Source: Mytilus trossulus
Taxonomy: Eukaryota
DNA: 64,000 bases
Assembly: GCF_036588685.1 (NCBI RefSeq)
Contig: NC_086384.1
Coordinates: forward strand, 50,096,001-50,160,000
Reading direction: 5' to 3'
The position numbers and the translations under genes are program-made. Numbering within the stretch: position 1 is the stretch's first letter; each line of letters opens with the position of its first letter. Shown in pieces: positions 12,776 to 26,567 of this stretch. A model generated the notes under the pieces. It saw only the letters and a program-made list of their open reading frames with translations. It searched no databases and was not told where the DNA came from.

Positions 12776-14111
12776 TGTTTTCATAAGTGAACAAAAGGAA
12801 TAATTCTGTTGTTGAATGTATTGATCGGTGCCATGAATGCACGCTCATTTCATGCTCAGACACTTTCGTCCCTGAACTATACAGATTGATATGAATAAAA
12901 TGAGGAATGGATTATACGTAAGTTAGAAAGGAACCAAATTTAAAAACAAATATAACCAAATGACATATAGGGGGCAATATATAGAGTTTCCATGTATATT
13001 AGACTATCTAAACAACGCGTTGTTTGTGTGTATAGAAGTGTGGTAGAACTAACATAGGTTTGATAAAACAATATTAAAATGTGTACACCTATATGATAAA
13101 GAAAAAAAACCCATTCAAAACATAAAATATTTGGTTTTTGCTTTCGCCGGGAACAAAGGGAAAACAATGTGAGCCACTCAAACAAAACTTCAGTTACTGT
13201 AATATATTATGCGTAAACTATTTTTCTATTCTTTTAATCAGTAAATTATAATTTTCTCTGGTGCCATCACAAAAAGAAAAGAAAAGATAAGTAAAGCTCA
13301 CCACATCAAGAGACAAAACCATGACCAACAAAAGACAGACAACAATAACACTGAAAATTAAAGATTGACCGACAGGAATATGATAAAAAGCCGGGTTGAC
13401 TACGTGTGATATGGAAGAGTGATTATATAGGTGTCATAGCATGGTGATGACAGAAACAGTATCACATTTACTACACAAGACAACAGGTTTCTGCTCCACT
13501 GGTGTTTCCAGACGTCTTTTTCCATATAAGTCTGTGATAAATTCAAAATAATATATCCGAAATCATCTGTGACACAGATATTTCATAACGGTCAACTAGA
13601 GTAAAACTTTCTACTTTTTTCCTTTATGAAATAAATCACGCTAATTTACAAATTTTGAGTAATGTGATGTTTTCTGACCAGACAATGAATGATCCACATT
13701 TTTAATATTTATGACTGGCTCAATATCAACAGTGCTCTTTCCTTCAAAAGTGTCGACTGTGGCATCATCGAAGGAAATTATCAACCTAATTTGTCTTGAC
13801 GTAAGAAACACTACGGGAGTCAGGAATTGCTCACATTTTAGCAGCATCTGCGAATTTTTCTTTCAAATTTCTTTACACTCATCCCTATATTTAACAAGCA
13901 AATGCTTCTTGTTTTACATTATCTTCACTTACTTGCTCGTGTTCTCATGGATAGCCAATCAAAATAACCTATAATAGTGAAACATACACGCAATGTACTC
14001 ATGTGTATGGTCAAATTTTGAACGACATCAAAGAAACACAAAGACATAATTCAAAAAGATTTGATAAAGAAAAGATGAGCGAGACTTTCGACTGTGTTCT
14101 ATTTTACATAG

Positions 14112-14990
14112 CTATTGTTATAGATCAGACTGATATAGATGATGGTTATACTTGTAACTCCAGAGTCTCTGTGTTCTATTTGACAACTATTGTTATAGAT
14201 CAGACTGTTATAGATGATGGTTATACTTGTAACTCCAGAGTCTCTGTGTTCTATTTGACAACTATTGTTATAGATCAGACTGATATAGATGATGGTTGTA
14301 CTTGTAACTCCAGAGTCTCTGTGTTCTATTTGACAACTATTATTATAGATCAGACTGATATAGATGATGGTTATACTTGTAACTCCAGAGTCTCTGTGTT
14401 CTATTTGACAACTATTGTTATAGATAAGACTGATATAGATGATGGTTATACTAGTAACTCCAGGGTCTCTGTGTTCTATTTGACAACTATTGTTATAGAT
14501 CAGACTGATATAGATGATGGTTATACTTGTAACTCCAGGGTCTCTGTGTTCTATTTGACAACTATTGTTATAGATCAGACTGGTATAGATGATGGTTATA
14601 CTTGTAACTCCAGAGTCTCTGTGTTCTATTTGACAACTATTGTTATAGATCAGACTGATATAGATGATGGTTATACTTGTAACTCCAGAGTCTCTGTGTT
14701 CTATTGGACAACTATTGTTATAGATCAGACTGATATAGATGGTTATACTTGTAACTCCAGAGTCTCTGTGTTCTATTTGACAACTATTGTTATAGATCAG
14801 ACTGATATAGATGGTTATACTTGTAACTCCAGAGTCTCTGTGTTCTATTTGACAACTATTGTTATAGATCAGACTGATATAGATGATGGTTATACTTGTA
14901 ACTCCAGGGTCTCTGTGTTCTATTTGACAACTATTGTTATAGATCAGACTGATATAGATGATGATCATTCTTGTAACTCTGGAGTCTCTA
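14112..14990. repeat. 75-bp minisatellite, ~11.7 copies (two units of 72 bp)
   Basis: Unit ctattgttatagatcagactgatatagatgatggttatacttgtaactccagagtctctgtgttctatttgacaa; gives 25-aa repeat ORFs on both strands. Confidence 0.97.
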
Positions 14991-15201
14991 AAGATTGATT
15001 TAAGCTGTACTACTGTAGTCGGAAATGATGATTTTTTTCAGTCCGTTTGCCGCATATCAAAAATAATTCATTCATTTCATAAGAATTATTGTAACATAGA
15101 GGCAAAAATTACTAAACTTTCGAAATCATAGTTCTAAAATAATATCAAGAAAAAAAAGACGCGTTTCAAGTAAAACATAAAAAAACAACATACTCACATA
15201 C

Positions 15202-15766
15202 AAGAGGGACGAAAGATACCAAAGGGACAGTCAAACTCATAAATCTAAAACAAACTGACAACGCCAAGGCTAAAAATGAAAAAGACAAGCAGAAAAACAA
15301 TAGTACACATGACACAACATAGAAAACTGAAGAATAAACAAAACAAACCCAACCAAAAACAAAACCAGGGGTGATCTCATGTGCTCCGGGAGGGTAAGCA
15401 GATCCTGCTCCACATGTGGCACCCGTCTTGTTGCTTATGTGATTACAAATCCGGTAAATAGTCTAATTCGGTAGGCCACATTCATGAAAGGGGAGGGGAT
15501 TGTAGTTACGACGTAAGGAACATATCCGATATCATTTGTGAAACGGTTATTCCATAACGGGCAACCAACTCGTGATGGCGTCCGTAAAATTTACGAAGGG
15601 ATGAGTTCAACTTCACCATATGGAACTCTTGGTTTAATAGCTTCCTTGTGAGCAGTAACCCTCTATCAAGAAAATCATTATAGGAAATGCAAGCACGGGA
15701 ATATCGTATCAATTGGGAGATATATACCCCGTATGAAGGTGCTGCTGGAATGTTGCTACTTAGAAA
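15202..15766 (-). mobile_element. Penelope-like retroelement 3' fragment (end of RT plus 3' region) inserted upstream of TLR-C
   Basis: LSSNIPAAPSYGVYISQLIRYSRAC..RKLLNQ motif. Absent from the paralogous TLR-A upstream region; related pieces at 10937, 32120-33621 and ~58235-58450. Confidence 0.75.
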
Positions 15767-15934
15767 CGTGATTGATTTTAGGTGCTCCCGTAGTATTGCG
15801 ATGATTAGTCTAAAAGTTGAAAAATTTGACTTTGATTTGAGTTTTGTGAATGATTTGTTATTATCTATTTCATGATGTACTAGATATTTATAAATCAATT
15901 GATGATACTATAGGGATGCATTGTTATATGAAGT

Positions 15935-15973
15935 GGGGATTTACATTGGACACAACAGGGTTAAACTTCCTGT
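15935..15973 (+). promoter_or_regulatory. Putative TLR-C promoter: kappaB-like and ETS motifs
   Basis: GGGGATTTAC and ACTTCCTGT are conserved with TLR-A. Confidence 0.55.
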
Positions 15974-16194
15974 TATGAATGTAAACCTTTTGTTAAATAG
16001 TTTAACATTGTTAACAAAAGATATTTAGCACAATGAACTTAAGGTATGTGGTTTACAGTTACATATTTAAATGTTAACGTTATGGCTGACTGGCTTTATT
16101 GGGTATGGTGAACCGATCAAAAGATATCATTTCGTGATGATACATTCAGAAATTAGATTAGAATTGTAAAGACTTACATAATAGTTTTATCACA

Positions 16195-18657
16195 ATGTTT
16201 ACAACTCAATGTGTATTCTTTCTTTGTGTAAATTGTACTTTTTTATTGGTTTATTCAGGCTATTGTGAGATTTCAATAAGTATAACGGAAATAAGATGTG
16301 ACTGTAGTTCGCGGAATTTCACATTCATACCTACAGAATGTCCACAAAATACATCAGGGTTATATCTGGCTAACAATGACCTTGGCATTTTAGGTAAGGA
16401 AGCATTTTCTAGATATAAACGACTCAGTTTTCTGGATATAAGTAACTGTAATATAGCGTCAATCGACCAATCAGCTTTTGATTATTTGACCCAATTAAAA
16501 GAACTAAAATTTGTCAATAATCCACTGAACACATTTCAAAGTAATGTATTTGCACCATTAACTGAGCTACGAGTTCTTTTTATATCGTATACTCTACTTT
16601 CAACGTATCAAAGAGAATCGTGGTCTGATTTTATCAGAATTACAACACTGCTTTGTGATGATGGCCCATTGAATGGAACATTTTCTGAGATATTTTCTGC
16701 CATGAAAAGTCTAAATTTCTTCGCAGTTGATTATCAGAGTGATGTTATTTATAACTTTACATTTCATTCATTTAAAAGGACCCCATTAAAGCATTTACAT
16801 ATTAATAGTCATTTACGAAAAATAGAAATCGATGGTTTTGCACCGTTAGAATTACTTTCCAGTCTTATCATTCCAAATCAAAATTTTCTGAAACTATCAA
16901 AAACATTACCAGCTTTGCACGTGTTTGAAAATCGAAAAATGGAAGAATTGGATTTGAGAAATAATTTTAGAAATTATGGTGAATATGTAATTTCGGCTGA
17001 TCTATTTGCATATATCGGTAACATTTGCGTCAAAAAATTATCTTTGAGTTGGAATGGCATTAGGAGGATAGATGCTATCGCCGTTCAGAAGATGAAATAC
17101 AAACATTGTCTTGAGACTTTAAACTTAAACAACAATGACTTTGACTATCATCAGGATCTTATTATCTTTTATTTAAATTTCTTTATTAACATTAAAAGAA
17201 TAGACATTTCTTCGATAACAAGTCGATCTATTGAAAACATTCGCGAACAAAACAGTAGTGGCACAGGAATCCTGGATCACAGAGCTATATTCGATTCTCG
17301 ATCAGATTGGTCTATAAGACTACCGTATTCACTCGAATTTCTAAACGCATCATTTATAATCGGACGAAATGATCCGATAAACAGTATAACTTTCAATGGT
17401 ATAAAACGATTGGAAATCTTTGACCTTTCATACTCATCACTTGCAGACGACTGCAATTACACAGTGAGGGGACTTCAGAACGTGCTAATACTTAATGTAT
17501 CACATTTCAAATGTGGTCTTTTAAATCCATACTTTCTGCAATCTGCAGTCAATTTGGAACAGTTGATAATGCAAAGTTCTTTACTAAGTATTGGCCTTAA
17601 ATATGATCACCATAGCCAATTCCTCTCTGGGCTCGAACGTTTGCAGTATATAGACTTTTCAGGAAACGCATTTGAAGACCGATTCAGAATATCAACATTT
17701 AAAGGTCAATTAGACAGTATGCAATCTTTGATTCTTGAAGGAAATTTATTCACAAGTGTTCCCTTAAATTTAGAAGAATTCAACCGTCTAAGTTTCCTTA
17801 ACATCAAAAATAATAAGATAGCCTACTTGACAACAAAAGAAACTGACGCCATTGAAGTGCTATTTAGAAGATCAAATAAAACAATGACAGTGTTATTAGA
17901 TGGCAACCCTCTTGTTTGTACTTGTGCTTCGTTAGATTTTGTAGAATGGTTATTTACTACAAAAGTGAAACTTGACGGCAATGGTAGTTATTCGTGTGTC
18001 GAAAACGATGGAGATATTACAACAACAAATATCGTCTACAATCACTTGCGAATTATGAGAATACGATGCATAACTACAGTATGGTTAATTTTTTCTGTAA
18101 CTTTATTTGGTATGCTTCTTTTATTCATTCTAGTAGGATATCGTTACAAATTGCACCTACAATACTTCTGTTTATTCATTGGAATGGCCAATCCACTTTT
18201 CCGGAAGTCAAAAGGAGAGACACTTGAATATGATGCATATGTAGCTTATTGCGATGGAGACTATAAATGGGTATATGGACCTCTGCGCATATTTCTAGAA
18301 GAGAGACGGAATTATAAACTTCTTTTGTTAGATAGAGGAGATGTCCTTGCTGGAGAACATAGACTTTTTGCTTTAAACAATTCAATTTCAAAATGCAAAA
18401 AGATAATCTTAGTGATTTCAAAAGAGTTTGTAAACAATGATTGGGCATACTATGAAGCTACTGTAGGAATTGAACATTTCCTAGGATTACAAGCGAGAAT
18501 AATTGTTATAAACCTGGAACATATAACCAAAACAAAAATACCGCAATGTGTTCTTCAAATGATGTCATTGGACGCCAACGATCATATTCGCAAAACAGAC
18601 ATATTAAATGAAAATAACATTTTCTGGAAATGTTTAGATGAAGCAATGAAACGTTAA
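16195..18657 (+). CDS. Toll-like receptor TLR-C, 820 aa, close paralog of TLR-A
   Basis: Intact ORF with signal peptide, LRRs, LRRCT, TM and TIR. Confidence 0.96.
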   Translation: MFTTQCVFFLCVNCTFLLVYSGYCEISISITEIRCDCSSRNFTFIPTECPQNTSGLYLANNDLGILGKEAFSRYKRLSFLDISNCNIASIDQSAFDYLTQLKELKFVNNPLNTFQSNVFAPLTELRVLFISYTLLSTYQRESWSDFIRITTLLCDDGPLNGTFSEIFSAMKSLNFFAVDYQSDVIYNFTFHSFKRTPLKHLHINSHLRKIEIDGFAPLELLSSLIIPNQNFLKLSKTLPALHVFENRKMEELDLRNNFRNYGEYVISADLFAYIGNICVKKLSLSWNGIRRIDAIAVQKMKYKHCLETLNLNNNDFDYHQDLIIFYLNFFINIKRIDISSITSRSIENIREQNSSGTGILDHRAIFDSRSDWSIRLPYSLEFLNASFIIGRNDPINSITFNGIKRLEIFDLSYSSLADDCNYTVRGLQNVLILNVSHFKCGLLNPYFLQSAVNLEQLIMQSSLLSIGLKYDHHSQFLSGLERLQYIDFSGNAFEDRFRISTFKGQLDSMQSLILEGNLFTSVPLNLEEFNRLSFLNIKNNKIAYLTTKETDAIEVLFRRSNKTMTVLLDGNPLVCTCASLDFVEWLFTTKVKLDGNGSYSCVENDGDITTTNIVYNHLRIMRIRCITTVWLIFSVTLFGMLLLFILVGYRYKLHLQYFCLFIGMANPLFRKSKGETLEYDAYVAYCDGDYKWVYGPLRIFLEERRNYKLLLLDRGDVLAGEHRLFALNNSISKCKKIILVISKEFVNNDWAYYEATVGIEHFLGLQARIIVINLEHITKTKIPQCVLQMMSLDANDHIRKTDILNENNIFWKCLDEAMKR

Positions 18658-19152
18658 TGAAGGACAGTGTCGTGATGGCTTTTTCAATTTATACTATTCA
18701 ACAATTGTTGTTTCATTGTACAAAGGCATTGTCAGTCTTAAACGTATACAAATAAAGTAAACATTAAATTTCTGCACGGTGGTACTATATATATGATGAC
18801 CACTATATGAACGAAAGGAATGAAAGAAACAAATGACATCAAAATACGTCTAGATGTGCTTGCAGGTATGAGTAACAATTTATCTTAACACAAATGTATA
18901 TAAAAATCTTATTACAGACGATCATATGACTGTAAAAGTAAAATATCATTATCGGTAAACACTTATATAAACATGTATTTTTATAAAAAAATCTATAAAA
19001 TTGAAATTGCATTTTAGGTCAAATACATGAGTTTGACATTCCAGAAGAATTTATGAACAAATTATCGAGATTATTTGACCTGTTTTTTTTAAATTGAAGC
19101 AAAAGTCATAATTTTGAAATAGTAATCAAAGGTGTCAGGATTATAATTAAGT

Positions 19153-19196
19153 ACACCAGACGCGCGTTTCGTCTACATAAGACTCATCAGTGACGC
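19153..19196 (-). ncRNA. Type I hammerhead ribozyme motif (intact core) in an interspersed repeat inserted at ~19121-19376
   Basis: Minus strand reads gcguca CUGAUGA gucu-uaugu-agac GAAAC gcgc GUC|uggugu, so stems I, II and III all pair. Confidence 0.85.
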
Positions 19197-19537
19197 ACAT
19201 ATCAAAATATTTATAAAGCCAAACAAGTACAAAGTTTGAAGAGCACTGAGGATCCAAAATTCCAAAAAAGTTGTGCCAAATACGGCTAAGGTAATCTTTG
19301 CCTGGGATGAGAAAATCCTTAGTTTTTCGAAACATTCAAAGTTTATTAAACAGGAAATGGATAAAAATGACCACATTCTTGAAAATTTTTACTTTTTGTC
19401 CAATATAAAAGACCATTTCATTGCTCTACTCTTATGTCTTTCTTTTTTGAATTTGGTTTTTATGGTGCAGGTATCTTCAGAAAAGTGCGTCGGCTGAAAC
19501 CCATTTTTGAAGTTTTACTCGGACTCAATTTTATTTA

Positions 19538-19583
19538 TACGCTAGACGTGCGTTTCTTCTACAAAAGACCCATCAGTGACGCT
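19538..19583 (-). repeat. Hammerhead repeat copy with mutated core (CUGAUGG)
   Basis: Same motif with substitutions in the core and stem II. Confidence 0.75.
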
Positions 19584-20299
19584 CGAATCCAAAAAAGTTA
19601 TAAATAGCCAAATAAAGTACTGAGTTGAAGAGCATTGAGATCCAAAATTCCTGAGAGTGTTGCCAAATACAGCTAAATTTATCTATGTCTAAGGTAGAAA
19701 AGCCTTAGTTTTTCAACAAATTTACAATTTTGTAAACAGTTAATTTATTAATATACCAATATCAATGATAATTCATGTGACCTCGGTTGCACTCAATATA
19801 AAAGACTTTAAAAAAATCAAGATTCGAAGAGGAAAAATCATGAATAAATTTCATCTCAACTTCTATTTATTGCTTTGTAATATGCATTTCGATTTTGCTT
19901 CTTCTCGTCAATAAATGTACGAAATAGTCCTAAGAACAAGACAAGTTATTACAATGGGCTGGCCTTAGTACTAAATACACGAGGAACACGATAAAAAGAC
20001 GTTCATTCTTTTTTTAACAAAAAAAAAGAGTATGATTGCCAGTACAAATTCTTCATATTGTCATACACAAAGTTCATGTTTGTAAGTAAAAAATACCAGT
20101 ACACTTCCGAGCAAAGGGATAAATACAGAAGATGAAAACAAAGCAATACACAAAGTGTATCTCTGACTAACTGATGTTAACAAGAAGAATATTTTAGGTT
20201 ACATATAAATTGTATTTGAGTTTTCTCTCTCTCTCTATGACTTATTTCACATACAACACTAATACTTTCACTCATCTGTTTTTCTACAATATGTATCAT

Positions 20300-21050
20300 G
20301 ACTTACTTTTTGATCTATTTTTTTTGAAAGAAATAAATTTGCTCATAGTTTATTAATTATTTCTTTTCTCTTAACTAAAAATAGATAAAATGAAAACACG
20401 TATATAAATAATTCTTTGTAATTATGATTAGCAAAATATGTAATAAACTTTCATGTTTGCAAATTAGAAACACATTCTCTTTGTTGAGATCAAAGTTTAC
20501 AAAAAACCGTTTCACAATATTGGAAAAAGACTACCACAATTGAAATGTTATTGGGCATTCAAACAACAGGTGCTCAATGGTTTCTTCTCCAAGTTTACAA
20601 AAAGTACATTACCTGGTATTTTTAATTTGATTTTGAACAAAAAGGTTTTAGTTGCTATAATCCTATGCAAAAAAAAATATTGGAAGGTTCTTAAATAAGC
20701 ATCTCTACAAGACTTTTTTGTTATCATGAAATATTCTGACCATTCTGTAGTATCAATAACTAACAGTTCTTCCCATTTCAAAAATTTTATTGTTGGTAGT
20801 TGAATACCTGCATCTACTCAGTTTTCATATACAAATTTGACGTTCACATTACACATGTCATATGTTTTTTTTAAAAGAAAGTATCACCAGTGCTAGACTT
20901 ATCAAAATCTTGATTAAGACAGTTTTATTTAAGGCATTTTTCATAGTGTTAGAGATTTTTGATAAAACCATAATATTTAATAAAATTGTTGGTTTGTACT
21001 TTTTCTTGAAATTACTTAAATTTATAAAAAAATCATATTTTCACGATTAA
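20300..21050 (-). mobile_element. Decayed non-LTR retrotransposon (L1/Tx1-like) ORF2 C-terminal zinc-binding region
   Basis: KW..W..LRTFQYFFLHRIIAT..L, followed by a frameshifted C.FC..E.ETIEHLLFEC (zf-RVT-like). Confidence 0.7.
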
Positions 21051-21754
21051 TAATGTCACTTACTGACTGCACGGACCTCTTTTTCCATCGAATGTAATAT
21101 GGGAAATCATCCAAAGAAGAACAGTTCAAAATATCTAAGAATAAAATGTCACTGACACAAATCTCAGTAACACGAAGCCTTGGCTCACACCGAACCACAC
21201 GCTAAAAAAAGACCCCAAAAGTTACTGGATAAGTGTAAAACTATTCAAACGGGAAAACCAACGGTCTTATCTATTAAAAAAACAAGAAACGAGAAACACT
21301 TATGAACCACATCAACAAACGACAACTTCAACATCAGACTCATGACAGAAAAATGAAAAAAATAGAGATTTTCTATCAGGTGTGATAACTTAGGGAAATT
21401 GAAATATATTATAACAGGTTGTGGATATCTTAACGCCAAGTTATAATTTGATTTTGAGTAGTTCAAGTTATATATTAAAATTAATTATACCTTAAACAGG
21501 GAACACACATCATTGGTAGTGTATTCAACGTACGATCCTTCTGATAAACATACCAAATTTTCAGATGTAGAACTGTTTGCTTATTAGAACTCTCATTTGT
21601 CTTTTGAATTTTTGAAATACTAAGTCTTTTCTACCTCGGGAATATATTACCTTAGCTGTATCTGGCACAACTTTAAGGACTTTTGGTTTCAATGGTCTTT
21701 AATGTTCAACTTCTTATTTTATTTGACTTTAAAAAAAAACTTTTTGGGAATCGA

Positions 21755-21798
21755 GCGTCACTGATGAGTCTTTGGTAGACGAAATGTGCGTCTTGCGT
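21755..21798 (+). ncRNA. Type I hammerhead motif, core retained, stem I/III weakened
   Basis: gcguca CUGAUGA gucu uuggu agac GAAAU gugc GUC uugcgu. Confidence 0.7.
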
Positions 21799-22135
21799 TA
21801 ATACAGAATGTAATCCTTGTATATATGATGAGTTTATTGTCAGAAAGATAGTCACTTGAAAAATAGTATCTCAAGCAATATTTGATCTTAAACTAGTCAG
21901 AGAGGCGAAAGACACCAAGAACATATTGAGGCTCCTAAGTCAAAAACATACTGATAATATAAAGGCATAGAAAAACGGCAAATCACCAAAAACAAGGAAC
22001 TGTACAACAGTACGAACCCCAATGGCAATGCTACACACACAACTTCAATTAAAGTGGGAAATAGTTATCAATAACCAATAACGTTTAAACAGTAGGACAA
22101 CAAATCTACACTCAATTATTTAACAAACATAACCA

Positions 22136-23660
22136 TAACCGCCTCATTTTTAGACGTATACCTCGAATTTGACATACACAGTCATCTCAGTACCAAAATC
22201 TATGACAAACGAGACGATTTCAATTTTGAAATTATCGATTTCCCCCACCTTAGTAGTAATATACCAACTTCACCTGCATATGGAATATACATTTCCCAAC
22301 TTATTAGGTATTCAAGAGCTTGCAGCTCCTATTCAGACTTTGTAAAACGTCACCATGTAGTGTCTGAGCAGAAAGTTGATGAACCAGGGGTATGTCAAAG
22401 AACGTCTCGTCCTTTTTCTAAAAAAGTTCATCGGAAGATACCCAGAACTTGTTGATAAATATTCCGTATCAACTTCACAAATAATACAAGATGGTCTTGA
22501 AGTTTAGATTTTGCGTACTGACGTTGGTTATCATCTTAATAACGCGTTATAGTATTATTTTATTAGTCTTTATTAATATTACTTGTAAATTTTTGAGATA
22601 TTCTTTTGAATTGACTCTGTGGTTATATAAAAACATCATGCTTTGAACGACAAATTATTTCATTTACTTAAATTACTCTTACTTATGGATTTTGACATAT
22701 CATGAACGACAAAATTATTTCATTCAATAAAATACTTTTAATTTCTGTTGAGTCTGTTTTTTATTTTGTACATTTGACGTGATACTGTACGTATGTATCC
22801 CGTCATACTTTGAACCACACCTTATTTATTTATTGTTATTACATTTACTGTTGAGTCTGTTGTTTTTATATCAACTTTACGTGACTATGCATGTATGTAT
22901 ACCTTCATACTTTGAACGACAAAATTATTTTTATGTCTACCTGTACGAATTTCAAACGCGCAATTTTACACCAGCAATGAAAACCATCTATTCTTTACGG
23001 GTAGACTTTATATAGATAAATTAAGTGGTATAAGAAAAGCATAAGGAGTATAATAAATTTGATATATGCCTTTTTGTGCTTCTTCGTTACATTTGTTGTT
23101 TTTATAGTGATGCAAGTATGCTTGTTTTGTTCATACTTTTAACGACAAAATTATTTTGATGTCTACCTGTACGAATTTCAAACGCGCATTTTTACACCAG
23201 CAATGAAAACCTTCTTTCCTTTACGGGTAGACTTTTTATATACATAAATTAATTGGTACAAGAAAAGCAAAATGAGTATGTTAAATTTGATGTATGCCTT
23301 TTTGTGATTCTTCGTTACATTTGTTGTTTTTATAGTGATATTAAGATGATAACACAATATTGACTGCTGTACCCCTATATTTTACATTTTTACTCTTTGA
23401 GTATGTTCGTTTTGTTCATACATCGTTGACAATGTAATGAAATTTGATGCGACTGTCATACAAGTGAGAGGTTTAGCTAGCTATAAAACCAGGTTCAATC
23501 CACCATTTTCTACATTAGAAAATGCCTGTACCAAGTCAGGAATATGACAGTTTTTATCCATTCGTTTGATGTGTTTGGACTTTTGATTTTGCCTTTTGAT
23601 TTTTGATTTTCCTTTTTGAATTTTCCTCGGAGTTCGGTATTTTTGTGTTTTTACTTTTTA
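22136..23660 (+). mobile_element. Penelope-like retroelement fragment (RT C-terminal part plus internally duplicated 3' region)
   Basis: My translation from 22138: TASFLDVYLEFD..TKIYDKRDDFNFEIIDFPHLSSNIPTSPAYGIYISQLIRYSRAC (no ATG, so not in the ORF track). The 3' part recurs at ~45000-45220 and, inverted, at ~40900-41230. Confidence 0.8.
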
Positions 23661-26382
23661 TGTTTATAATATGTGTTAATGTAATGCCATCTGTAACTGT
23701 ATAAGTTAGCTTGTTTGTGGAACATTACAAAAAATTCTTAAAATACTACTAAACAGACAGTCATTATATATATTAGAAAAACGAAAATTATGTGTATTTC
23801 ATTTCTTGGTGAAAACTGTCTAATTGATGTTTTCTCCTTACTATACAATTACTCAATCTTGTATGAGTATCAAGCAAACTGATTTAATTTTTTTTCTACA
23901 TAAACATGTTATACATCACAGTAACAGAATTCGGGTCTAGGCGTCTAATGGTTTACTTTTTACAAAAAAAACAAAAAATGAAAACAACACGTTTAATAAT
24001 TTAATCAGTCCTAAGCGCATTTCTAGATTTACGTTTAGCAGGAACGCTCAGAGCCAAATATTTGAAAGCCGAGGATGTATAAATACCGAAACAGTTGAAG
24101 AGGTATATAACAAAAAATACCAAAATGAAGCCAAATCCATGTAAGGTAAACTTTGCCGGAGAAAGTTGAAATCTCAGTTTCTTTATTATTTCAAAATTTA
24201 TCAACGGTTTGTTATAATCATGTCAGTATCGTACGTAATACTGACTACTGAGCTGATGCTACCCTCGGGGACTGATTGTCCAGCAGCATAGGTTTTGACC
24301 AAGTGCTGTAAATTTTTTTTTAAAACAACACGTTAAATAATTTAGTGCGTCCGAGGCGCTTTTCTGGCTTCATCTTCAATTGTGAACTGGATAAAGAGTG
24401 GTTTCATTAGCACTTATACCACATTTTCTTATCTGTGTCTTTTATAGAAATAAAGTCAATAACCGATCTCTTTAAAATCATTTCAATTTTGTATTTAAGA
24501 TATTAATTTCAAATATCAGCAAACACTTTAGTAACAGTTCACTTTCTTCTTATAGCATCTCTGTTGTTACTTTTGTATACTCTTGTAACTAAAGATAAGC
24601 GCAATGCAAGTGCATACGGGCATCTTTGGTTACTTATATGCATTTCAGATGGTCTCTAGTGGTCTTAAGTGGTTTTAATGGCAATCATACTTCATTTTGT
24701 TTAATTGTTGGTGCACATAATTGTTAAAGATGCGGATCATTCATCGCCGAAAAGTAAGTTCTTTTACAATAATCATGTTTATTATATATATTGAAATAAG
24801 GCCATCCTAAAACTATTTATCTATACTCGATGTACATAAATTGGAGCGAGTACGCGAAACTTTATTTCAATACTTTTTTTTTTCGGAATGAAAAAAAAAA
24901 AGTATGCACACATGTCTTCAATTTTTTTTCCAAACTCAAGTTTTCAAGAGTGAGAAATTATCTTTAACAGCGAACACAATTCTATTGTCAATGAGTTTGA
25001 GTGTTGATATGACATCTTAAATATAATTTTGTTCATTTATTTCTTATTGATAAAGTGTTAATGTAAATAGATTTTGTAAGCTTTTAAATTGTTGTTATTG
25101 AGGGAATTCGAAGTTTTACGTGTAGTCATTCGAACAGAAGTATTGTCAGTCTTTAAGGTATCTTTTTTAGCAGTTGACTTTATGATAGCTTAGCATCATT
25201 TTATAAGGTAAAAAGCTCTCAAATTCATGTTCATCGGTTTGACTCAAATTCTCATATTGGATTTTTAATATAAAAAACATATAAAATATTTATCCAATTC
25301 ATAAAAGCCAAAATTAAGTAATTCACAAGGCATGTTGATGATATGTAGCTTCGTTTCGTGTGTATTTTAGTCTAGGCGCCATCTAAATAACTATCGAGAT
25401 GACTAATAAAACAACCGATGGTCACATAACACGATATAAACATACATATAACTAGATATATGAACCTAGTGAAAATGGATATTTCTATGTCATTGTGATT
25501 TCAATTTTGAGATTAAAAGGATGTACATTTTTGATTTTACCTGTCTTAGAACGGTTTTCAGGTGATGGAATCAGTCAAATCAAATTATTTACCTCTATTT
25601 TACTTTCAATGAATGCTGGCATTATATTCCTTTATATATCCTAACAATCATTAATCATGTATAATCCATCTCTAGCTGAGGGGTTAAATTGAAGTTCACT
25701 GGAATACGAATTCAACGAGGTCTTATTATTTTCTTGCAAGTGAATAATTCATCCTCGATGTTTTCTAGCTTATTTTGACAAAATTTAAGCACCCTGACTG
25801 CTAATAGCAAATTGTATTTCAGTTTAATAAATGATTGAACAAAAGTTTGTATGTATCTCGTAGCTTGTGTCCCCAGAACAATGCACTATCATTATATATA
25901 TATATCTTTATCGTATAAAAACAGTAATGGCTATTTTGAAATATTGCTTTAGATATTCCAAATGATATTTGGTGGTAGTGTTAAGTATGTTAGCCTGAAT
26001 CTAATAAGAAGACACAAGCAGTAATATTTTTAAATTAAAGAAATTTCATTTATCTAGGCATTTAAATGGTGTCATTATTTCAAACCTTAATTTCGATTTG
26101 TTCGAAGTCTTTTACCTGTTAAAATAGGTAATTTTATACAAAATAGATAGGTATAATGAAGTGGTATTTGAAATGAAAGAAAATTATCGTTTAAAACATG
26201 AAACTTTACTACTGCATGCAACGTTGTCACATCCTGTTAAAATATTTTATTTTCATTGAACAAAATACAAATGGTTTTCATGCGTCACGATACAAGGAAC
26301 TTATTTTAAACACATATTGTACAAAACAATTTCACATTTTTCAATGACAGTCACGTGATCTTTGTTTATTTTAGTTCGTTGG

Positions 26383-26567
26383 ATACTTCAATATTGGTGA
26401 TTGATGCGCTGAATTTTGGTACTTCCTATTTTCTTTTTTCCTTGGGTACTTGGATGTTGGTGATTGGTGCGTTGAATTTTGGTACTTCCTCTTTTCCTTT
26501 TTCGTTGAGTACTTGGATGTTGGTGATTGGTGCGTTGAATTTTGGTACTTCCTCTTTCCTTTTTCGT
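26383..26567. repeat. 63-bp tandem repeat (3 copies) in the 3' flank of TLR-D
   Basis: gtacttggatgttggtgattg.tgcgttgaattttggtacttcctcttttcc...; four copies each at 52197-52445 and 53813-54061. Confidence 0.9.

Noticed and set aside
14112-14990. CRISPR-like array or repeat-protein gene
   Set aside because: Units are contiguous with no unique spacers, there are no cas genes and the context is eukaryotic. The long ORFs follow from a stop-free 75-bp unit.
19153-19583. Tandem-dimer retrozyme (two hammerheads ~385 nt apart)
   Set aside because: The spacer includes native TLR 3'-flank sequence homologous to 7960-8100, so these are two independent insertions, and the second core is mutated.
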